This document shows positions 34,767 through 41,756 of a DNA stretch of 64,000 bases, one piece after another. The position numbers were made by a program, and so were the translations under genes. Source of the DNA: Bacteroidales bacterium (GTDB taxonomy: Bacteria > Bacteroidota > Bacteroidia > Bacteroidales > UBA932); NCBI GenBank assembly GCA_017519185.1, contig JAFWSX010000006.1, positions 96,084-160,083 of the forward strand, in the 5' to 3' direction. The notes below the pieces were generated by a model that saw nothing but the letters and a program-made list of their open reading frames with translations, made no database searches and was not told the origin of the DNA. How positions within the stretch are numbered: the stretch's first letter is position 1; each line of letters opens with the position of its first letter.

Positions 34767-35795
34767 ATGGCTAAAGAAGAAGTAAACAAGCCGGCCGAAC
34801 CGAATTCGGAGAAGCTCAAGGCTCTGCAGGCCACCATCTCGAAGATCGAGAAGGACTACGGCAAAGGGACAATCATGAAGTTGGGAGATCAGCCTGATTG
34901 TTCAGTTTCTACAATCGCATCGGGCTCTATCGGGCTCGACCACGCACTCGGCATCGGAGGTTATCCCCGCGGCCGTGTCATTGAAATCTACGGACCGGAG
35001 TCAAGCGGTAAGACCACGCTCGCAATCCACGCGATAGCTGAAGCCCAGAAGACCGGAGGCATCGCCGCCATCATCGATGCCGAGCACGCCTTTGACCGCA
35101 CTTATGCCAAGAATCTCGGAGTGAACGTCGACACCCTGCTGATTTCGCAGCCGGACAACGGTGAGCAGGCCCTTGAAATCGCCGACAACCTCATCCGCAG
35201 CGGCGCCATCGACATCATCGTTATCGACTCAGTGGCCGCACTGACACCGAAGGCTGAGATAGAAGGAGAGATGGGCGACAGCAAGGTAGGCCTCCACGCC
35301 CGCCTGATGAGCCAGGCACTCCGCAAGCTCACTGCCAACATTTCCCGCACCAACACCTGCTGCATCTTCATCAACCAGCTCAGGGAGAAGATCGGCGTGA
35401 TGTTCGGCAATCCCGAGACCACAACCGGCGGAAATGCACTGAAGTTCTACGCTTCAGTCCGCATCGACGTCCGCAAGATAGGCCAACTTAAGGACGGCGA
35501 CGACGCCACCGGAAGCCGTACCCGCGTCAAGATCGTCAAGAACAAGATGGCTCCGCCTTTCCGCAAGGCCGAGTTTGACATTGTCTTCGGTGAAGGTATC
35601 TCAAAGATCGGTGAGATCATCGACCTTGGTGTCGAGTTCAACATAATCAACAAGGCAGGCAGCTGGTTCAGCTATGGTGACACCAAGATAGGCCAGGGCC
35701 GTGACGCCGTCAAACAGATACTTCTGGACAACCCTCAGCTCGCAGACGAGATCGAGGCAAAGATCCGTGAAGTCCTTACACAAATCAAAGACTAG
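34767..35795 (+). CDS. recA: Recombinase A
   Basis: Walker [22 protein letters not shown] and the L1/L2 loop regions. 342 aa. Confidence 0.97.
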   Translation: MAKEEVNKPAEPNSEKLKALQATISKIEKDYGKGTIMKLGDQPDCSVSTIASGSIGLDHALGIGGYPRGRVIEIYGPESSGKTTLAIHAIAEAQKTGGIAAIIDAEHAFDRTYAKNLGVNVDTLLISQPDNGEQALEIADNLIRSGAIDIIVIDSVAALTPKAEIEGEMGDSKVGLHARLMSQALRKLTANISRTNTCCIFINQLREKIGVMFGNPETTTGGNALKFYASVRIDVRKIGQLKDGDDATGSRTRVKIVKNKMAPPFRKAEFDIVFGEGISKIGEIIDLGVEFNIINKAGSWFSYGDTKIGQGRDAVKQILLDNPQLADEIEAKIREVLTQIKD

Positions 35796-35804
35796 TTTTA
35801 AGAA

Positions 35805-36794
35805 ATGGATATCGTTCTCAGCGGCATACGCCCTACCGGCCATCTTCATCTTGGCAACTACTTCGGGGCGCTGCGCAACTTCGTCAAGATTCAGGAAACA
35901 CACAAGTGCTTCTTTTTCATAGCAGACCTTCATTCCCTCACAACCCATCCGCATCCCGAGGATTTCCACAACGGAGTCCGCATCATCCTGTCGGAGTATC
36001 TGGCCGCAGGTCTCGACCCCGAGAAATGCGCCCTCTATGTGCAGAGTGACGTTCCGGAGGTGTCGGAGTTGTATGTCCTGCTGAATATGCTGGCATACAA
36101 GGGGGAGATGGAACGCACGGCTTCATTCAAGGACAAGGTGCGCCTTCAGCCCGACAATGTCAACACAGGCCTGCTGACCTATCCGGTGCTGATGGCTTCC
36201 GACATCCTCATCCACCGTTCGAAATACGTTCCGGTGGGCAAGGACCAGGAGCAGCACCTGGAGATAGCCCGCCTGCTTGCCCGCCGTTTCAACCATATGT
36301 ACGGCGTGGACGTGTTCCCGGAGCCCCAAGCCTTCAATTTCGGTGATGACCTCATCAAGGTTCCAGGCCTCGACGGAAGCGGAAAGATGGGCAAGAGCGA
36401 AGGGAACGGCGTATACCTTTATGAGGACGACAAGTCCATCACAAAGAAGGTTATGAGAGCCGTCACTGACAGCGGCCCGACAGAGCCGAATTCAAAGAAA
36501 CCTGAAGTAATCGAGAATCTCTTTACCCTGATGAAGCTGGTGAGTGAGCCCGAAACCGTTGCATTCTTCGAAGAGAAATGGAACGACTGCTCGATCCGCT
36601 ACGGCGATATGAAGAAGCAGCTTGCGGCCGACATCTGCAAGACCGTGGCTCCCATCCGCGAGAGAATCGATGCTATATACAATGACACCGACTATCTGCA
36701 CCGCGTGACAGCCCTGGGTCGCGACAAGGCCCGTGCTTCGGCTTCCGCCACCCTGCAGCTTGCCCGCGAGGCGGTCGGTTTCAAACCTTTCTAG
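35805..36794 (+). CDS. trpS: Tryptophan--tRNA ligase
   Basis: SGIRPTGHLHLGNYFGA (HIGH region), KMGKS (KMSKS) and GKDQEQHLE. 329 aa. Confidence 0.95.
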   Translation: MDIVLSGIRPTGHLHLGNYFGALRNFVKIQETHKCFFFIADLHSLTTHPHPEDFHNGVRIILSEYLAAGLDPEKCALYVQSDVPEVSELYVLLNMLAYKGEMERTASFKDKVRLQPDNVNTGLLTYPVLMASDILIHRSKYVPVGKDQEQHLEIARLLARRFNHMYGVDVFPEPQAFNFGDDLIKVPGLDGSGKMGKSEGNGVYLYEDDKSITKKVMRAVTDSGPTEPNSKKPEVIENLFTLMKLVSEPETVAFFEEKWNDCSIRYGDMKKQLAADICKTVAPIRERIDAIYNDTDYLHRVTALGRDKARASASATLQLAREAVGFKPF

Positions 36795-36816
36795 GCTATC
36801 ATAAACACTAAATACT

Positions 36817-38247
36817 ATGGCTGAAACTTCAACAAAAGAATCGAAAGGCTTCTATAAGTTGTCCTGGGGCCAGAGAATCGGCTTCGGTGCCGGAGACATG
36901 GCGCAGAACCTTGTCTACCAGACCATAAGCATCTGGCTGCTCTTCTTTTACACAAATGTCTTCGGGCTCAAGCCCGGCGCAGCTGCCCTGATGTTCCTTA
37001 TCGTCCGCCTCGTGGACGTCCTCTGGGATCCGGTTGTCGGTACCATCGTTGACAAGAAAAATCCCAAGTGGGGCAAATACCGTTCTTGGCTCATACTTGG
37101 CGGTATTCCGCTGGTCGGCCTTGCCATCCTCTGCTTCTGGAACGGTTTCAGCGGCTCTCTGCTGTATGCCTACATCACATATGTGGGTATGTCTATGTGC
37201 TACACTCTTGTGAATGTGCCTTATGGTGCTCTGAATGCTTCGCTTACCCGCGACACCAATGAGATCACCATCCTGACGTCCACCCGTATGTTCATGGCCA
37301 ATCTCGGCGCCCTCTGCGTGAAGTCTCTGCCCCTCATCATCGCCATCTTCGCTCCGAAGGTGCTCGATCCAGCCACCGGCAAGATGACAGCTGTCTACAA
37401 TACTCCTGAAGCGGCTCCCGCCTGGTTCATCACTATGACCATCTTCGCCCTGGCCGGCCTCGCCCTGCTGTTCTTCTGCTTCGCGAAGTGTAAAGAACGT
37501 GTCGTTATGGACGAGAAAGAGTCAGCCAACGTCAAGGTCAGCGACTTGTGGATGGAGTTCGGCCGCAACAAGCCTTTGCGGATAGTTGCCTTCTTCTTCA
37601 TCACTGCCTTTGCAATGATGAGCGTCAGCAACGCTGCAGATGCCTACTTCATGACTTTCAATGTGGGTGCGACTCCGCTTCTCACAACATTGTTCATGTG
37701 GCTTGGTACGATTCCGGCGTTTATATTTATGCCCCTCGTTCCGGCCATCAAGCGCAAGATCGGCAAGAAAGGAATGTTCTACCTCTTCCTTGGCGTTGCG
37801 ATACTCGGTATGATGATGATGTACACGTTCGTGTCCATCCCTGCCACCAAGAGCAACTTCGTGCTGCTCTGCATCGCCCAGTTCGTCAAGTCTACAGGCA
37901 TCATCACTGCTACCGGTTATATGTGGGCTCTCGTGCCTGAGGTTATCTCTTACGGTGAATATACGACCGGCAAGCGCATCGCCGGCATCGTAAATGCTCT
38001 TACAGGCATCTTCTTCAAAGCCGGTATGGCTCTTGGCGGCGTTGTTCCCGGTCTCGTACTCGCGTGGGTAGGTTTCAATGCCGATGCCGCCCAGCAGACT
38101 CCGCTTGCACTCCAGGGTATCCTCTGGCTTGTCTGCGTCATCCCGGCGATCCTGCTCCTCCTTGCCATCTTCATCATCAGCAAGTATGAGCTCAGCGACG
38201 AGCGAATGGACGAGATCAACCGCGAAATCGAAGCCCGTCACGCATAG
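36817..38247 (+). CDS. Glycoside-pentoside-hexuronide (GPH):cation symporter family MFS transporter
   Basis: GFGAGDMAQNLVYQ, and DPVVGTIVDKKNPKWGKYRSW as the GPH D-x-x-x-D/R-x-G-K-x-R-P/S-W loop. 12 TM helices, 476 aa. Confidence 0.9.
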   Translation: MAETSTKESKGFYKLSWGQRIGFGAGDMAQNLVYQTISIWLLFFYTNVFGLKPGAAALMFLIVRLVDVLWDPVVGTIVDKKNPKWGKYRSWLILGGIPLVGLAILCFWNGFSGSLLYAYITYVGMSMCYTLVNVPYGALNASLTRDTNEITILTSTRMFMANLGALCVKSLPLIIAIFAPKVLDPATGKMTAVYNTPEAAPAWFITMTIFALAGLALLFFCFAKCKERVVMDEKESANVKVSDLWMEFGRNKPLRIVAFFFITAFAMMSVSNAADAYFMTFNVGATPLLTTLFMWLGTIPAFIFMPLVPAIKRKIGKKGMFYLFLGVAILGMMMMYTFVSIPATKSNFVLLCIAQFVKSTGIITATGYMWALVPEVISYGEYTTGKRIAGIVNALTGIFFKAGMALGGVVPGLVLAWVGFNADAAQQTPLALQGILWLVCVIPAILLLLAIFIISKYELSDERMDEINREIEARHA

Positions 38248-38274
38248 TCTGCACTAAGGCTCATTCTGATATGA

Positions 38275-38307
38275 CTGCGGACCGCAATCAGCGGCCCGCA
38301 GTTTTTT
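38275..38307 (+). terminator. Intrinsic terminator after the GPH symporter gene
   Basis: Stem CTGCGGACCGC / GCGGCCCGCAG (one mismatch) with a 5-nt loop, followed by T6. Confidence 0.8.
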
Positions 38308-38314
38308 ATGCACG

Positions 38315-38373
38315 CTCTGCACGTTTTGAAAGTCCTCTGCGAGTTTTGAAAGCGCCGGTTTCCCCGTTTTGAG
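38315..38373 (+). promoter_or_regulatory. Tandem direct repeats (candidate activator/operator site)
   Basis: CTCTGCACGTTTTGAAAG lies at 38315-38332 and CTCTGCGAGTTTTGAAAG at 38335-38352, 16/18 identical with an exact 20-bp period. A third half-copy, CGTTTTGAG, at 38365-38373 overlaps the -33 TTTG. Confidence 0.55.
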
Positions 38374-38396
38374 CATAGACAGATAAGGATATGCAG

Positions 38397-38404
38397 TATC
38401 TTTG
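38397..38404 (+). promoter_or_regulatory. -7 box TATCTTTG for the small ORF / lipoprotein unit
   Basis: Matches TAnnTTTG, with TTTG at 38368-38371 in a -33-like position. It is 82 nt upstream of ATG 38487. Confidence 0.5.
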
Positions 38405-38486
38405 AAACCATTACAATTAACTTGCTGATAATCAATTGTTGTTTAACAGAATTCTTAAGTCAGGATAATATATATAAAACAATACT

Positions 38487-38630
38487 ATGGAAAAACGTTA
38501 CAAGGAACTCTATGAAGCGCCGTTGACAGAAGTCGTGGAGCTGAATACGAATGCAGGAATTCTCTCTGCCACAACAGAAGATTACACAATGTCAGGCAAC
38601 AGCTATGACGATTCTGATTTTCACGAGTAG
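38487..38630 (+). CDS. Unannotated 47-aa acidic small protein (hypothetical)
   Basis: Hand translation gives MEKRYKELYEAPLTEVVELNTNAGILSATTEDYTMSGNSYDDSDFHE*. It has no signal peptide and no Cys. It ends 12 nt before the lipoprotein ATG on the same strand, and is below the 60-aa cutoff of the ORF track. Confidence 0.4.
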   Translation: MEKRYKELYEAPLTEVVELNTNAGILSATTEDYTMSGNSYDDSDFHE

Positions 38631-38642
38631 GAGGGCAGCAGT

Positions 38643-41600
38643 ATGAAACAAAGAATTACCATTATTATTGCAGCGTTTGCTTTCTTAGCCCTTGTATCCT
38701 GCACAGATGGGATAGTTTCCAATGTCGATCCTGTGCAATCGGCCAATCCCGAAGGTGGCGTAGTGTTCACAGCCACTACGGAAGGCCCAGCCACGAAAAC
38801 AACTTTATCAGGTGATGATGAGAACGGCTACCAGGTCAACTGGCAGAGCGGAGACATGATTGCCGTAAGAAACTATGTATTCGGAACACCACCTGTAGTA
38901 TTCTACACTACCACCAGCAATACCACCTACGGTGAGTTTACCTACGACAGTGGTGCTGAAGAATTGACAAACCCGCCTTACTATGCCTTTTATCCTGCAG
39001 AATACTGGAGTGAACAAAATGCAGCATATCCTGTAGTCCAGAAACACGTCCCTGGAGCGGTAAAGGCTCCGATGTTTGCCTATAGCGAAACCAATCATCT
39101 CCAGTTCAAGAATATCGGCGGTCTTGTCAGGATTAACCTCAAAACTCCTTTGACAGGAAAAAAGATCAAGAAAATCTATCTCTATTCCACCTCCCAGAGC
39201 TTGAGCGGCACCATTACAAACATAACCTCACTTAACAGCAATCCTACCGCAACTGTTGACAAAAACAGTCCGGCCCAGCATCCTGTGGTATTGGAATGCT
39301 GCAATGAAGGCGTGGAGATAGGTTCCTCTCCTACGCCATTCTACATCGCAGTTCCGGCAAACACCTATACCGAACTCACGATAGGTGTAATCACCGTAGA
39401 CGGCATAAAGCAGACTTACACCCTGAATTCAGACAAGAGCATAGTTGTAGAGAGAAGTGCCATTACCGACATAAACCTTACTTTCAACAAGGATCCTGAA
39501 ATCATCGACCTCAGCGAAAACGGTACGGCCAACACCTATATAGTAAATACTGTGGGCTACTATAAGTTCAAGGCTACCGTAAAGGGTAACGGCGGGCTCG
39601 ACCCTGTCACCGGAACAACGGCCACGGAGATAAACAAGAACGACATCAGCGGAGTAACGGTACTATGGGACCTCAAGCAGAGAGGCAATGTCGTATACCA
39701 CGACGGAAAAATGCAGTCCCATCATATTGTTTACCACGACGGCTACATATATTTCTACAAAAACTATAACCTTGAAGGAAACTCTTATGTGGCCATTTTC
39801 AAGGACAAGGAAGGCGGAACCGACGGAGTCTATGACAAGGGAATAGATGAGATCCTCTGGAGCTGGCTCATCTGGGCGACACAAAATCCTTCCAGCGTGG
39901 TTTACAACGGCAACGAGTTCATGGACCGCAACATCGGCTCTGTTACTACCGGAACTTTCGACGACGGAAAATACACCGCAGGTTTCAGCTATCAGTGGGG
40001 AAGACCTGCCCCGTTCGCGTCTTCATTAGGGCAGGCATATACTCCTTTCAATTACGTCCCTCCAAGAACCTCTGTCTTCTCATTTGAAAACATAGGAAAC
40101 GGAACTACCGTAGACCACGCCACTTCACATCCAGTCACATTCTTCTACCATGGCAGCAGAAGCAACTGGATGCCGGATAATGCAACTTGCATGACCCTTT
40201 GGTCAGATGACGTCAAAACCATTTATGACCCGTCACCAATAGGCTGGAAAGTTCCTTCAAAGGCCCAACTGACCGGAATAACATCTGCAGTGTCCTTCTA
40301 TGGATCCGGTTTTATCGGCCCTGGCAGCAGTTCAGATTTCGGATATGGAAATCCTGGCTCCGTTTTGCTGTGGAGCAGTACCTGTGACGACAGTGACGGT
40401 TTCATTGGAGCCTGGGCTAACGCGTATGGCTCAATGTATAAAAAATATGGAAGTTGGCCTGACGTATATATGATGGCCGGTATGCCTGTCCGTCCTGTAA
40501 GAGACGAGTCAACTATGACCTGGGTCGACCTCAGTGCTTCCGGTACAGCCAACAGCTACATAGTTCCCGGATCCGGCAACTACAAGTTCAAGGCAACTGT
40601 AAGGGGCAACGGCGCTGCAGACCTTGCCGGAGTAAGCAAGAACATCAGCGCATCCGAAATTGCCTCCGCATCTCTGGTTTGGGCTAGCTACGGCACAACA
40701 ACAGCTCCGGGAGAAGCTGAGATGTTGTTCAACGTTCATTATCAGGATGGCTATGTCTATTTCCGTGTTCCCGACACTTTCAGGGCAGGCAATGCTGTGG
40801 TTGCAGTAATGAATGCTTCCAACCAGTATCTGTGGAGCTGGCATCTCTGGTTCACCGATGCAGACATTGAAGGCAAAGCCCAGACATATCCAAGCGGAGC
40901 CCAGATGATGGACCGCAACCTGGGGGCCCTGAGCGCCACCTACAATTCATCCAACACGGCAGACTGGGGGCTTATGTACCAGTGGGGAAGGAAGGAACCG
41001 TTCCTGAACTCCTGGAGCAATCAGTATAGCTCCGGCTATATTTCATCATCCAATGCAGGAACTGTGTACAGGCCGGCCGTTTGGGGAACCAATGAAAGCA
41101 TTGTAACTGCATATCAGGCCAATTCTACCGTTGCTGCGGTAAACAGACTGTCACCTACATATCTTTACAGCAGCTGGTACATAAGCAGTTCTCAGTCTGG
41201 TCAGTTGGAATGGGCTTCTGACATGACGGACAATCTCTGGGCAGAAGACAAGACCATCTTTGACCCTTGCCCTGCCGGGTGGAAGGTTCCGGACAAAGCT
41301 GTCTGGGAAGGTTCCTTCATGACCAGCCTTGCCAATGCAACATTCTCCAACAATGGATTCACCGTTTCCGGCATCAGATACCCCAGCACCGCTGTCAGAC
41401 TGCCTCAATCCATTTACATAAACGGCACCAAATACAACAACGGCGGTCTAATACTTGAGAACCAGTCTGATTACCATGTCTTTCTCTGGGCTTTCAACGG
41501 ACAGTTGCACAAGGAGAAATTCAATTATGAAAACGAAGGGCAATATTCACAGGCTCTCCCTGTAGCACCCGGGGTTTATTCAAATCCTCCGATAAGAAGC

Positions 41601-41729
41601 TCTTTCGTCCAAGAGTATGACTTTTCTATAGCATATACTGCGTGGCGACAGGATGCAGGAATGCCAAGTCACTCTACATCTTATTTCTATAGGACCAGAG
41701 CCGGCGCCGTACGCTGCGTTCGGGAATAA
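38643..41729 (+). CDS. Large surface lipoprotein: fimbrillin(Mfa)-like N-terminal region plus two tandem ~340-aa modules, each ending in a FISUMP-like (Fibrobacter succinogenes major paralogous, lectin-like) domain
   Basis: Lipobox AFLALVSC. The N-terminal VVFTATTEG..TKTTL...VNWQSGDMIAV pattern matches Bacteroidales fimbrillin-like proteins. The repeated motif sets are GTAN(T/S)YIV...YKFKATV(K/R)GNG, LWSW(L/H)(I/L)W, MDRN(I/L)G, YQWGR, DP(S/C)P(I/A)GWKVP and VR(P/C)VR(D)E. Confidence 0.85.
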   Translation: MKQRITIIIAAFAFLALVSCTDGIVSNVDPVQSANPEGGVVFTATTEGPATKTTLSGDDENGYQVNWQSGDMIAVRNYVFGTPPVVFYTTTSNTTYGEFTYDSGAEELTNPPYYAFYPAEYWSEQNAAYPVVQKHVPGAVKAPMFAYSETNHLQFKNIGGLVRINLKTPLTGKKIKKIYLYSTSQSLSGTITNITSLNSNPTATVDKNSPAQHPVVLECCNEGVEIGSSPTPFYIAVPANTYTELTIGVITVDGIKQTYTLNSDKSIVVERSAITDINLTFNKDPEIIDLSENGTANTYIVNTVGYYKFKATVKGNGGLDPVTGTTATEINKNDISGVTVLWDLKQRGNVVYHDGKMQSHHIVYHDGYIYFYKNYNLEGNSYVAIFKDKEGGTDGVYDKGIDEILWSWLIWATQNPSSVVYNGNEFMDRNIGSVTTGTFDDGKYTAGFSYQWGRPAPFASSLGQAYTPFNYVPPRTSVFSFENIGNGTTVDHATSHPVTFFYHGSRSNWMPDNATCMTLWSDDVKTIYDPSPIGWKVPSKAQLTGITSAVSFYGSGFIGPGSSSDFGYGNPGSVLLWSSTCDDSDGFIGAWANAYGSMYKKYGSWPDVYMMAGMPVRPVRDESTMTWVDLSASGTANSYIVPGSGNYKFKATVRGNGAADLAGVSKNISASEIASASLVWASYGTTTAPGEAEMLFNVHYQDGYVYFRVPDTFRAGNAVVAVMNASNQYLWSWHLWFTDADIEGKAQTYPSGAQMMDRNLGALSATYNSSNTADWGLMYQWGRKEPFLNSWSNQYSSGYISSSNAGTVYRPAVWGTNESIVTAYQANSTVAAVNRLSPTYLYSSWYISSSQSGQLEWASDMTDNLWAEDKTIFDPCPAGWKVPDKAVWEGSFMTSLANATFSNNGFTVSGIRYPSTAVRLPQSIYINGTKYNNGGLILENQSDYHVFLWAFNGQLHKEKFNYENEGQYSQALPVAPGVYSNPPIRSSFVQEYDFSIAYTAWRQDAGMPSHSTSYFYRTRAGAVRCVRE
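39501..41726 (+). repeat. Internal tandem duplication inside the lipoprotein gene (module 1 39501-40520, module 2 40521-41726)
   Basis: GACCTCAGCGAAAACGGTACGGCCAACACCTATATAGT at ~39507 matches GACCTCAGTGCTTCCGGTACAGCCAACAGCTACATAGT at ~40527. The offset is exactly 1020 bp (340 codons), and the protein motifs repeat in the same order. Confidence 0.8.
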
Positions 41730-41743
41730 AAAGAGAAAAAGGA

Positions 41744-41751
41744 TATCTTTG
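41744..41751 (+). promoter_or_regulatory. -7 box TATCTTTG immediately before the TM-AraC gene
   Basis: Matches TAnnTTTG, 5 nt upstream of ATG 41757. Confidence 0.35.
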
Positions 41752-41756
41752 CAGGT

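Noticed and set aside
35796-36816. Possible odd operon recA-trpS-GPH symporter (9-bp and 22-bp gaps, no -7 box seen before trpS or the symporter)
   Set aside because: It may simply reflect internal promoters I cannot recognise by eye. This is not strong enough to report as a finding without transcript data.
37522-38241. 239-aa minus-strand ORF
   Set aside because: Antisense to the GPH symporter gene; acidic/His-rich shadow frame.
38238-38435. 65-aa minus-strand ORF in the spacer before the lipoprotein cassette
   Set aside because: It runs across the GPH terminator hairpin and the direct-repeat/promoter region. It has no start context and is most likely non-coding.
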